Below are positions 38,186-47,636 of a stretch of DNA of 64,000 nt, one piece after another. Location of the stretch: contig JAUWHR010000005.1 of assembly GCA_030605795.1 (NCBI GenBank), positions 338-64,337 on the forward strand, given 5' to 3'. This DNA is from Anaerolineae bacterium (lineage in GTDB: Bacteria > Chloroflexota > Anaerolineae > Anaerolineales > E44-bin32). Under the pieces are notes generated by a model. It was not told the DNA's origin. It did not search any database and saw nothing but the letters and a program-made list of their open reading frames with translations. Made by a program: the position numbers and the translations under genes. Every line of letters begins with the position of its first letter. Position 1 is the first letter of the stretch.

Positions 38186-38892
38186 GCATTAATCTCCGAA
38201 GGACGCCAGCGAAATATATTTACCTTTCTCTCGCGGTATAGAGTAGACCTTGTCAGGTCATACCCCGACCTCGCTCTCATTCGATTGACCAATTCCAACT
38301 TTGCTGCACTCGTTGACAGCCCTCGATTAGCATATGATATTGTTCCGGTCAATAGGTCACATAATTGAAGCACTTCGATTTCGTTTGACCGAGCAATTTG
38401 GATCCAGTCAATAATCTTGTAAGAGAAATCGTACATGTTGCTGCTTAGAATATCTCGGAGCTTTGCTACTTTTGCGCCCCCCCGAGTATCTTTTAAGTCA
38501 AGGTATATTCTGTATTTTGCTTCTGGATCTAGAATTGCCTTAAGCATTTCGAAGTACATTTTGTAATGCCATTCGTCATGCGTCTGGTCAAACAGGCCGT
38601 GCTGTAATTTGTATTTGTCCGGGGCAATTAGTGCACGAAAATGAAGTTCATTTACATCGAAAAAGTAATCCATAACCTCAATGTAGTATTGGAGCTTTGC
38701 AGGTGAAACTTTCGTCCACTTCAATTCAAAGTTCGGGCCGAGGTCATGCCGGTCCTTTATCTCTCTCAGCCTTGAATTGATCTCCTTTGAGCTGTCGAGG
38801 GGGCACCAGATAGCGCCCAACACCATTACTTCATGGTGATCCTTTTCCAAGTGACAACTTTCGTCACAGTAGATATTAAACGTTTGGGTCAT
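38182..38892 (-). CDS. DUF3800-family protein
   Basis: FNIYCDESCH N-terminal motif and overall pattern of DUF3800. ATG at 38892 preferred over track start 38961. Confidence 0.7.
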   Translation of the reverse strand: MTQTFNIYCDESCHLEKDHHEVMVLGAIWCPLDSSKEINSRLREIKDRHDLGPNFELKWTKVSPAKLQYYIEVMDYFFDVNELHFRALIAPDKYKLQHGLFDQTHDEWHYKMYFEMLKAILDPEAKYRIYLDLKDTRGGAKVAKLRDILSSNMYDFSYKIIDWIQIARSNEIEVLQLCDLLTGTISYANRGLSTSAAKLELVNRMRARSGYDLTRSTLYRERKVNIFRWRPSEINA

Positions 38893-38981
38893 TACTTCCT
38901 CGAATTGTAGAGTTGATGTATACCACCAAGATCTACGCTCTGAACAATATATTCTTGGCAAGATTAGGTGAACATAATCTG

Positions 38982-40139
38982 CTACAGGGATATCGGGCTG
39001 GTCCTCGCGCCAGCTTCATCAACTTGTCGTTCTGCCGTTTTGGCATAAAGCTGAGTGGTGCGTATTGAACGGTGATTTAGGAATCGTTGCACTTGGTCTA
39101 TAGGAACACCCTCGTTTAACATTTGCGTTGCACGCCAATGCCGAAATTCGTGTGGGTGTATATGAGAAAGACCAAGTTTCTTTGCAGATTGCCGGATCAT
39201 TCTCCAAACAGCATTGGCGGATAGGGGGGCTCCGTGATACTTCGGTCTAGTCTTAGCGTGGCTAACAAATAATGCGGTCGCTCCCGGATCTTTTCTAACC
39301 TTCAAATACTCTCGCATGGCTTGTAGGGTCGGATTTATGAAACGGAGAGTCACTTCCCGACCATATCGGCCTCGGCCCTTCCCGCGGACTCGCACCTGGC
39401 ACACACCTTGTTTGTTCAAGCGTGCGCCACGGATCTGATCTGCGGTGAGTCTTAAGATCTCACTAACTCGGGCTCCGCTATCTGCCAGTGCATAAAGGAT
39501 TGCTCGGTTCCGCAGGGCCTCCAGCTTTCTGCGATGCTGCTCCTTTAAAGGAAGGGAGTCAGGAATAAATGGGGAATCATAGGCATGGATCAGTTCCTCC
39601 AAGCCTTCCGGAGGCTCGATGGCCCCCTCTCGAGCCAAGGTTGCAGGAACATATGTTCTAAGCTGGCGTTGGGCTCTTGCAATGGCCGCTGAAGTGGGAA
39701 AAGAATCGGGGAGGAGCAGTTCATCAGCGAGAAAGTTGAACCAAGTGATCATGGCCTGACCGTAGAGACGAACAGTAGCCGGCTCGAGTCTCAGAACCTG
39801 TGGGGATCTCTTCCCACGCTTTGGGTTGGCGCTTCTGACTTCATGGCCGAGGTAGTTAACAAACCGCATGAGCATGTTTACATCCTGAGGATTTCCACCT
39901 AGGACTTCCAGTGTCTGCTGAGCAGCTTCTTGCCCAGCCAGGGAAAGTGGTTCTGCCATGTTGGACTCTTCAAGGAAGGCGTAGAAATGCCTCAAGGCGT
40001 AGCTGTACGTCTCGAGCGACAACGGGCTCAGGTTGCTCTGTGCACAGAAATAATCGAAAGCCTCTTGAAGTGAATGTTCCTGATCGCTCATGTGCCCCTT
40101 CTCATAGCATAATCCAGATATTGGCTGAAAGCCTAGCAC
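38982..40139 (-). CDS. Tyrosine recombinase/integrase (XerC/D-like)
   Basis: 385 aa. SAM-like N-domain. ADSGARVSEILRL, HPHEFRHWRATQML and FLNHRSIRTTQLYA catalytic motifs intact. Alternative start at 40091. Confidence 0.85.
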   Translation of the reverse strand: MLGFQPISGLCYEKGHMSDQEHSLQEAFDYFCAQSNLSPLSLETYSYALRHFYAFLEESNMAEPLSLAGQEAAQQTLEVLGGNPQDVNMLMRFVNYLGHEVRSANPKRGKRSPQVLRLEPATVRLYGQAMITWFNFLADELLLPDSFPTSAAIARAQRQLRTYVPATLAREGAIEPPEGLEELIHAYDSPFIPDSLPLKEQHRRKLEALRNRAILYALADSGARVSEILRLTADQIRGARLNKQGVCQVRVRGKGRGRYGREVTLRFINPTLQAMREYLKVRKDPGATALFVSHAKTRPKYHGAPLSANAVWRMIRQSAKKLGLSHIHPHEFRHWRATQMLNEGVPIDQVQRFLNHRSIRTTQLYAKTAERQVDEAGARTSPISL

Positions 40140-40153
40140 AAAAACAATATGAG

Positions 40154-40179
40154 TGCAACTTAAGAGTAATTAAGTTGCA
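40154..40179. repeat. 26-bp palindromic motif, copy 1
   Basis: TGCAACTTAA-gagtaa-TTAAGTTGCA, 15 nt upstream of the integrase start. Confidence 0.7.
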
Positions 40180-40543
40180 TTACTTGATCATAGAAAAATC
40201 GACCTTCATGGTGTTTTTAAATAGCCTCCCCTATGAGATCATTTCTCGGGTCTGCTTATAAGTTCTAATAAGTTTTATAATTAGTAATGACACGTGGGAC
40301 CGTTACCCATTTCTCCAGATTTGTAACGTGATACGATAGGCTATTCATGGGGCTCCTCAATAGGATTTAGGGCAGCGAACTGACGATTGGGTTACCCTCG
40401 CCGCCAGCTGCTGAATGGCGCAACGTGTTATCCCCAGAGCATTGCCAGACGGTTATTTGTTCTGTCGGTACAGCGGCCTCACCTCGTATGAGAACGAGCA
40501 GGGATCGGGCACAACCTAAAAGGGGTACTTGAAAGCCGTTCCA

Positions 40544-41839
40544 CTATGGGAGGTCAAGCTCCCAGGGGATTAGCCATGGACCTTCCGGATCCTCAAGTAG
40601 CTTGGTGGCAAAGAATCGATAGGTCTCGTTATCGCTAATGTCCAAGACCTCTTTCAGGTCCTCTTCGAATCCTTTCACGTCTCCGAGTTGATACCTCGTC
40701 AAGGCTCGGTTGAAGTATGCCTCTACCAATGATGAGTCGAGAGCCAGCGCCTTATCGTATTCCTGTATTGCCTTTTCAAACTCGCCTTCTCTATATAGGA
40801 TCGACGCCAAATTGCTGTGGCCTGCTGGGTAGCTTGAATCGATTTCGAGCGCCTTTCGGACATCAGCGCGAGCAGCCGCTAGATCATCCTGGTAGTAGTA
40901 GACATAGCCCCGGTTTAGGTACAGCCGCGCATGCTCAGGATCGAATTGAAGTCCGGCAGTGTATGCCGCAATAGCTTTATTGGGTTCATCAATTTCATCA
41001 TATGAGTTGCCCAAGTAAAAGAAGACAGTTTCGAGTTCCAGGTCGGGCAATTCTCCATTAAGATCGATCTGCTTTTCGCGAATGAAGATGTCGATTGCAC
41101 GAGCGACGGCCAGCGCTTGTTCAAGAGCGGAGATTGCTGTTGTGTGATCACCAACCGAATATGCAAGCTGCCCAACGGTTATGAGGGCCAAGTATTCGAA
41201 CTCCTTGGGAATTCCCTCATTTATGTAGAGACGATACTGCTCGATGTTCTCGAGTCTGCTGGAGAGCTTAGGTCTAGCAAGCCGCAGATTCTCCAGATCC
41301 AAAATGCTATAGTAGACTTCTGCCCCGTATTCGTCGGCCTTCCCCCAAATGACGATTGTCGCCCCACATCTCTCCGCAACTCTAAGGGCCTCTTCATGGG
41401 AATCGATAACAAGGCCCTCGGTCCGGTGAACACGAGCCGGCACGCCCAACGAAGCTGTGGAAATTCGATCCTCGATTTCCCTTTTGATGCTCCATGGCAA
41501 GCCTTGGCTACCGCCGGCAAAGTCAGAGACAATTATCTCGGCTTTGCTTCCGGATAAGGGAAATCTAATGCATTGATACCAAATATATTGCTGAAAGGGT
41601 CCGAAGAGCGCTACCGCTGCCGGGAGCAATAGGCTGAGGAAAGACAGAATAGCGATCTTGGGAAGTCTTGGTCGTATTCTCTCTGACCAGAAACCGCCCC
41701 AATGTTCAGTCTTTACAGCACGTTGCAACCATGACCGCAGCCGTCTTCGCCACAATGTTAGGGCTGCGCCCGGTCTCCTTCTTCTCTTCTTTTGAGCCTG
41801 ATGCTGATGAGCGAGCTTTTCGCGTTTTTTCCTGCTCAT
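40544..41839 (-). CDS. Membrane-anchored TPR-repeat protein
   Basis: 431 aa. Basic N-terminus and one TM. C-terminal tandem TPRs (AIAAYTAGLQFDPEHARLYLNRGYVYY, KALEIDSSYPAGHSNLA, YDKALALDSSLVEAYFNRA). Confidence 0.7.
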   Translation of the reverse strand: MSRKKREKLAHQHQAQKKRRRRPGAALTLWRRRLRSWLQRAVKTEHWGGFWSERIRPRLPKIAILSFLSLLLPAAVALFGPFQQYIWYQCIRFPLSGSKAEIIVSDFAGGSQGLPWSIKREIEDRISTASLGVPARVHRTEGLVIDSHEEALRVAERCGATIVIWGKADEYGAEVYYSILDLENLRLARPKLSSRLENIEQYRLYINEGIPKEFEYLALITVGQLAYSVGDHTTAISALEQALAVARAIDIFIREKQIDLNGELPDLELETVFFYLGNSYDEIDEPNKAIAAYTAGLQFDPEHARLYLNRGYVYYYQDDLAAARADVRKALEIDSSYPAGHSNLASILYREGEFEKAIQEYDKALALDSSLVEAYFNRALTRYQLGDVKGFEEDLKEVLDISDNETYRFFATKLLEDPEGPWLIPWELDLP

Positions 41840-42428
41840 TTCTCGATATCAATCCTTGGCTGCTGACTTCGCCAGAACCGGAGCTTGATCAAGCCGCTCG
41901 AAGGTTGGCTGTTGGCCAATCGGGCAAATAATCATACAGATCACAGGGATAACAACCCACGGATCGTGACACAACGCCTCCGTCGTGTAGATGCCCCCGC
42001 CCTAACAACAAAGATTGCATTGTTCGATGACATGACCCTTCTCCTTGAAATCAGGGTTCTAGACATTGCTACTCGCAAAGAATTATTGGTGAACAGATCA
42101 GAGAAGTCAATTGGCCGCGGCTCTATTTTGGGTATGTCTTGTTGAACGTACCTGGGAGAGTGTGTTTACCCCCAAGATTTAGACGCCATATCGAAGATTC
42201 TCTATGTAGAAACAATATGATTTCTCGTTCTGCTTTGTTGAGCGCCCGGTAACGTCAGTATGATACTACATAAATAAGCGGCGAGGGAGATCCTTTGGGT
42301 TGTCTTAGGCCACTGCCCTCGTAGGGCAGAAAGGAACTCACGCCACGAACTGCATACCAGTAAGTGCATGGATTCAATAGCAACTCGAAGAAGTTTTCCA
42401 AGTTGCCTGGACGGATCAGGAAGAACTG

Positions 42429-42665
42429 GTGACTAAAGTGTTGATGTTGAGTGCTCAACGCTTTACGCAAGAAGCGTTGGAACAAGAAGCAACAGATTAC
42501 CTTGGCCGTGGCCATTACGAACGTCGCGAAGGCGGTGAGGAACACCGTGGCTATCGCAATGGCTATCGGCCGGCTGAGATGGACACTACAGAATGTCGCA
42601 TCCAACTGCAGGTTCCCCAGGTGCGAGAAAGTCCTGAACCCTACCGCTCGGGCACATCGCTGTTG
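42429..42665 (+). pseudogene. IS256-family transposase N-terminal remnant
   Basis: EATDYLGRGHYERREGGEEHRGYRNGYRPAEMDTTECRIQLQVPQVRE matches the conserved IS256 N-terminal block. No remainder of the gene follows. Confidence 0.6.
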
Positions 42666-42783
42666 CCCCTTGTGAAAGGTTCTGGTATAAAAACCGCCTG
42701 GGCGGCCCTTTCTGTTATAGGATGATAGTAAGGCGCTTAATCACGACATAAGGATAGTCTACGACACATAGAGGAGAGTAGGG

Positions 42784-43278
42784 GTGAGCGGGCGGATGTT
42801 TAAAAAAGGACTAGGAATGCGCCGTAATGGTTGTACAAGAGTTGGTCGTTACAAGCGAGGAAAGGACTATTGGAAACAGCTACGGGAGGAATGTGGGCAA
42901 AGAAAATTCATCGCTGCATCAGATTTGGCAAGTCACAAAGAATCATTTCTAGATGATGATGTTTGTCTGGAGTTGTATTACACAGAGGACGTTAGCGGGG
43001 TTGACTTTATTGGATTCCGTATGAAGAAGGGCATAATCTTGATCCACGGAAGTGTAGGTAAATACCTTGGCAAGAAGATGAGCGGGGGACTTGTTGTTGT
43101 AGAGGGTATCGCAGGCGAGGGATGTGGCGAAGGGATGACAGAGGGAGCACTCATTGTTTTAGGTGAGATTAAGGAACCCATGGGGGACAGGAAAGGTGGA
43201 AAGGTGTTTAGGAGCTGGGAAGAGTGGCTGAAGAATAAAAAAGAGAAGGACGATCTGGAGGGAGGGGACCATGGATAA
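42784..43278 (+). CDS. Stand-alone GXGXG-repeat domain protein (GltB C-terminal / FwdC-like)
   Basis: ILIHGSVGKYLGKKMSGGLVVVEGIAGEGCGEGMTEGALIVLGEI shows the repeated G-x-x-G..M..G pattern of the GXGXG beta-helix domain. Confidence 0.55.
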   Translation: MSGRMFKKGLGMRRNGCTRVGRYKRGKDYWKQLREECGQRKFIAASDLASHKESFLDDDVCLELYYTEDVSGVDFIGFRMKKGIILIHGSVGKYLGKKMSGGLVVVEGIAGEGCGEGMTEGALIVLGEIKEPMGDRKGGKVFRSWEEWLKNKKEKDDLEGGDHG

Positions 43279-44497
43279 GATCCAGGGCGGAGTTGTCTGG
43301 GGGTCGAGCCGCTGGCTGGGAAAGTGGTGGGCACATGCTTGGGTTGAGGAAGGAGAGCCATACGACCAGTTAAGGAGTGTGGCCGAGGCATGGAACCGAC
43401 TGACCGAGGAAGAACTAGACCTTCTGGTAAAGAGACCAGAGGAAGTAATCGAGCAACAGATATGGGAACAGGAGATTGTAAGGTATGAGGTTCTCGGGGG
43501 GGATAAAGAACGGATTATTGGAGCGATCGGTCAGAAAGAATGGAGAGAAATCTATTCAGACCTTTGGCCACTGCTGATCGATTTGCTGGTAGTGGAAATA
43601 GAGGAAAGAGATCAGAAGACTGCTGAGTGGGTAAGATACCAGGAGTTCTTTCGACCAAGTTCAAGATATACTGATAAAGTAGCTGAATTTGCTAAGGAAT
43701 TGCTCTGGGATGATTTCCTTGCAGAAGATGAAGTAGTGGCCGTCTATGGAAGCCAGATAAGGTTCATAGGAAAAAAAGGTCTGAGAAGGCTCATTAATGC
43801 AATAATTTGGGGAGGCATTTCCGGAACGTTTAACTTTATCACAACGGATATTGGGAAATCCACGGTGTTGATTCTAAAAGTTTATGGTATAGATCTGCTC
43901 GTACCGATTGAAACCATAAACTTATTAGCAGCGATAGCGGCTGGCGGATTGGCAGGGTTAAGTGTGTGGTTAGTTCTTGCGCAAGATACTTGGAAGAAGC
44001 AGCGTGTATGGGATGAGATGTCTACCGAAAAGAAAGCAACATATGTGATGGTAGATGGGATGGAAAAAAGGGATATTACTCCAACCCATGAGATGATAGA
44101 GAACCAGTATGCAAATCTTAGTGTCGAGAATGTTGTATATGAAATGGAGCGGGAAGGGATATTGGAGGACGTAACAAGTAGAGAAGATAAGGCAAAAAAA
44201 TGGGTACTTACGAATCGATGGTGGCATGATCCAGTACCAGACCGAGTGTCCTTAGATGTAGCAGTAAGTTATATTGCCTGTCGATATTCGAGCGGGAAAT
44301 CGCCAGACATTGTAAAAATATCAAGTATCAAGAAAAGAGTGAATGGATTCAAGAACGAATTGGAAGATGCTATTCATGAACTATTGCTAAAACCAATAGG
44401 CGAGAGAAAAGATGGAAGTAAATATTTTATTCTAAGACCGGGCCCAAACGACGGATTAATTGTAGAGACAGAATTGTTTATGTTTAATCCAAGATAG
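43271..44497 (+). CDS. Hypothetical membrane protein
   Basis: 408 aa. Overlaps the GXGXG gene by 8 nt. Central TM pair (LINAIIWGGISGTF, LLAAIAAGGLAGLSVWLVLA). AT-rich. Confidence 0.4.
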   Translation: MDKIQGGVVWGSSRWLGKWWAHAWVEEGEPYDQLRSVAEAWNRLTEEELDLLVKRPEEVIEQQIWEQEIVRYEVLGGDKERIIGAIGQKEWREIYSDLWPLLIDLLVVEIEERDQKTAEWVRYQEFFRPSSRYTDKVAEFAKELLWDDFLAEDEVVAVYGSQIRFIGKKGLRRLINAIIWGGISGTFNFITTDIGKSTVLILKVYGIDLLVPIETINLLAAIAAGGLAGLSVWLVLAQDTWKKQRVWDEMSTEKKATYVMVDGMEKRDITPTHEMIENQYANLSVENVVYEMEREGILEDVTSREDKAKKWVLTNRWWHDPVPDRVSLDVAVSYIACRYSSGKSPDIVKISSIKKRVNGFKNELEDAIHELLLKPIGERKDGSKYFILRPGPNDGLIVETELFMFNPR

Positions 44498-44526
44498 TGA
44501 CGTAATGTATAGATAGTGTAGGCTTT

Positions 44527-44552
44527 TGCAACTTAAGTGCAATTAAGTTGCA
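44527..44552. repeat. 26-bp palindromic motif, copy 2
   Basis: TGCAACTTAA-gtgcaa-TTAAGTTGCA. The arms and the flanking T..ATTA are identical to copy 1; only the 6-nt centre differs. Confidence 0.7.
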
Positions 44553-44817
44553 TTATTATCTGAAAAAGAGATCTAAGCTAATCCACTTAAGGACGCCCCA
44601 CCCCTATAAGTATACGAAGTCCCGTGACGGTGTGCAGCGACAGATGACATAGGGCTTTCCTTCACCCCATGGCTCGCAGATGTGACTTCGCCTTATCCAC
44701 AGCCGCGCATCCATGCTTGTCAACCAAGTGGTGGCAGATGCGCTCGGCTTCTCGTTATTCGTCATTCTAAGTTGCTAACCCATCTGTCGGCCTGTGTTCT
44801 TATACAATGGATGAGTT

Positions 44818-45258
44818 TTATTGTCGCTTATTCTCACCAAGAGAGTGAACCCACTCCAGCTGTCTTCCAACGGCTTTATAAAGAGGTCCATCCGCTGTCC
44901 AGAACTCCGCGTCCTCTGCTTCAGCCAGGGCGAGGTAGACCGCGTCATACGCGTTGGTCAAGCCAAATTCGGCCGCCAAATGCATGGCCCTGGGGCATAT
45001 ATGAACTTCCGACCTTGGTTCCAGTCCCAGCTGGCCGAGTTCTCCCAAGAGGCGGGCGGCATCACTCGTCTCAAGTTCCCCGGACCGAACCCGCTGATGG
45101 AGCGCGTTGCCCACTTCGGACCAGAGCAACATAGGCGCAAGCGCTGTAATACCCTCCTGCGCCCAACGCTTAGCCAGGGACAAGGCGTCCTCAGACCTCT
45201 CCTCGGGGACAAGCCATTTGACAGCTACGCTTGCATCAACAACAACTGCTCCGGTCAT
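44818..45258 (-). CDS. vapC: PIN-domain toxin (VapC)
   Basis: 146 aa. VVVDASVAVKW, LAPMLLWSEVGNAL, YDAVYLALAE and FWTAD acidic and conserved positions of PIN. Confidence 0.8.
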   Translation of the reverse strand: MTGAVVVDASVAVKWLVPEERSEDALSLAKRWAQEGITALAPMLLWSEVGNALHQRVRSGELETSDAARLLGELGQLGLEPRSEVHICPRAMHLAAEFGLTNAYDAVYLALAEAEDAEFWTADGPLYKAVGRQLEWVHSLGENKRQ

Positions 45259-45795
45259 TTAGCGGCTCTCCCTCACCCTGCGTATAATCTTCGCTGAGTC
45301 TCCCGATAATACCTCGTCGCCGAAGATTTCTTTCCGTAGTAGCTGAAGTTGCTCGATCTTATCCAAGCTCAATGACCCCTTGCCAGGTTCATGTTGTCTG
45401 AGATACCGGGCCGGCTCTTTCAAGAAGGAGGCCAGGAAATCGCGGATCGTCACAATATGCTCTCCCTCAAGATGGGGATACACGTCAACAGGAGATTTAT
45501 CGCCGTTGGCCAGGACCACCAAGGCGGGCACTCCTCGGCCGAAGAAAGTTCCCCCCCGACGGCGAGTACCAAACACCTGGCGAATGGCGTAACGGTTCCA
45601 AACAGACGGAACCACGGCATGACGGCAGTAAATATCGAATAGCTTCTCTTCAGCCAGATCTGCCGTGTCCACGAATTCCGCTCTAGCGCCCACCCGCTCC
45701 AGTCGTTTGAGCAGCCTTGGCACCTCCTCGAGGCCGAGGTTGGCCCGATCTTCCAGTGGCGCATGTTCTGAGGAGTGATAATAGCTGAGTTTCAT
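45259..45795 (-). CDS. 178-aa partner of VapC: unknown N-domain plus antitoxin-like C-tail
   Basis: Its stop abuts the vapC start. The last ~40 aa (SLSLDKIEQLQLLRKEIFGDEVLSGDSAKIIRRVRESR) resemble short VapB-type antitoxins. The N-terminal ~135 aa are unassigned. Confidence 0.45.
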   Translation of the reverse strand: MKLSYYHSSEHAPLEDRANLGLEEVPRLLKRLERVGARAEFVDTADLAEEKLFDIYCRHAVVPSVWNRYAIRQVFGTRRRGGTFFGRGVPALVVLANGDKSPVDVYPHLEGEHIVTIRDFLASFLKEPARYLRQHEPGKGSLSLDKIEQLQLLRKEIFGDEVLSGDSAKIIRRVRESR

Positions 45796-46467
45796 GGTGC
45801 CCTCTAATTTCTAATTAATCCCCCCACTCCTACCCACCCCTCATGATATTACAACTGAATCCACCAACTGTCAAGTCCCTCCTGACAAGCGCGTCTACCC
45901 TGACAATAAGTTAGCATTGCAATGCAGGTGAGGCCTGTGGCACGCTCCAACAACTCACCTGTTGTAATTCGTAGGTTGGCAGATCTGTATGTCCTTATGG
46001 AGCCTACATCCCAAGCGCTATCTGGATGGCGTACCTCGCCGACTCCAGCATCATAAATATAGGGAAGCACTTCAGCCAGCTGAGCCACGTCCACTTGGGC
46101 TATCAGCAGCACCTCACAATGCACCATGTAACGACTGTAGGCGATGATGATCGTCGTCTATGAGGGAATTGTAACTCCAGTGGGGATATTCCAACTAGTC
46201 GAGAACACCTTGCCCCTCTCGATTGCGCATAGCCTCATTTTTCTCTAAGTTTTTACGTGGTTGAGGATTAGAACTATATGTGGCTATGCGCATTGATCCT
46301 TTGAGACATCCTCAACCCTATTGCCGTTTTCAGCTAGACCAATTCCAGAATACTGAGCTGACAAGTATCCATATTTCGTCAATAATCATAAGGGCCGCAA
46401 TCGCGGCCCTTATGGCAATTCCACAGCGCGTTCGATTTCCAATCCTTATCGAGACTGACAGATCACT

Positions 46468-46959
46468 CTATTCCTCAAGAAATCGCAACCTGTTGCAGGC
46501 CACCCATCCTTTGACCGGCCACCCTTGTATCGCCTGGCCTTCCACAAAGCAAGTGCTTCCGTCCGGAAATACCGTCCAAAGCGTAATCTCTGCGCCGGCT
46601 TCCAAATCACCCAGCCATGTTCCCCCCTCGCTCAATCCTGGTGTTGAAAAGATTGGCAGCGTCTTTATCGTCTCATCGGGATCGTAGGGAAGCACTGACT
46701 CGGCCACCCATACTGTCATTGGAAACCATACCTCTGGTGTTTTCGTTGGAGAAGCTTCAGTCCCCTCCCCTTCCCGTTCAACACCATAAAGTTCCAATGC
46801 TTCATCGCCGGTGATCACTCTGGGACCAATTCCACTTGAGGGCGTTCCTGTTTGATCTGATCCACCCTCCCCCCATTGAAAGATTTCCCCAATGGAACAT
46901 CCAAACATAAATAGGCTCAGGCACACTACAACCAGGCCAACTAAGTAATTTCTAAACAT
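46468..46959 (-). CDS. Secreted lipoprotein, possible SH3b-like C-domain
   Basis: Lipobox LFMFGC after a hydrophobic leader. ATG at 46959 lies 2 nt after the upstream gene stop. Confidence 0.45.
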   Translation of the reverse strand: MFRNYLVGLVVVCLSLFMFGCSIGEIFQWGEGGSDQTGTPSSGIGPRVITGDEALELYGVEREGEGTEASPTKTPEVWFPMTVWVAESVLPYDPDETIKTLPIFSTPGLSEGGTWLGDLEAGAEITLWTVFPDGSTCFVEGQAIQGWPVKGWVACNRLRFLEE

Positions 46960-46961
46960 CA

Positions 46962-47594
46962 CTAACCACCCCCAGCCATCAATCCGGGCCATAGCCATAT
47001 ATAGACCATGCCTCCCAGGGCAGCCAACACGCCCCAGGGCATCCTTATAGCCTCCTCATCCGGAGGATCGCCTATGTGTTTTAATACCCACAACAATCTT
47101 TTTGCCCCTTCTGCTATCCCCCCTCTTCTTATTACCGTAAGTAAAATGCCGAGAATAATGGTTCCTCCAAATAAGTACCCAAGAATCCACCAATCACGTC
47201 CTACCGCGATGAGCCCGAAAGCAAGTTGAGCATCCCCTCCCCCAAACCAGCCAAGCCAGAAAATCGCCAACACGTACAACATCCCTGCAACGAAGGGGAG
47301 CGTGGCGAATTCTTCTGCCAGGAGCACAACAGCAATCAGCAAGATAAGTAGCCGCCACATCCCACCTCTGCTTCCCCAAATCGCAACGATGAAGAATAAG
47401 GCCTCAAGCCATAGTGCATCTTTTATAAGGAAGAGAAGACCCAACGCAAGCATGCCAAACCCCGACCCGTAAGGAATTATCCCCGACTTGAGGTCGCTTA
47501 TTGCGCCCCACATGAGGGCTGCACTCACCAAAACCGATAAGATCAGCATAAGACACATCCACCTCTTCTGCTGTTGGGCATAAAAGCACTCCAC
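46962..47594 (-). CDS. A24-family prepilin (type IV leader) peptidase-like membrane protein
   Basis: 210 aa, polytopic. ISDLKSGIIP and FGGGDAQLAFG supply the two Asp motifs of A24 peptidases. Confidence 0.6.
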   Translation of the reverse strand: MECFYAQQQKRWMCLMLILSVLVSAALMWGAISDLKSGIIPYGSGFGMLALGLLFLIKDALWLEALFFIVAIWGSRGGMWRLLILLIAVVLLAEEFATLPFVAGMLYVLAIFWLGWFGGGDAQLAFGLIAVGRDWWILGYLFGGTIILGILLTVIRRGGIAEGAKRLLWVLKHIGDPPDEEAIRMPWGVLAALGGMVYIWLWPGLMAGGG

Positions 47595-47636
47595 TTAAAA
47601 GGCAGTCACCTGCTTGAGATTCGTATCGACATCCGG

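Noticed and set aside
46962-47594. Prepilin peptidase as an indicator of a complete type IV pilus or Tad locus.
   Set aside because: No pilin with a class III signal peptide, secretion ATPase or platform protein is recognisable in the operon, so the peptidase-like gene appears orphan.
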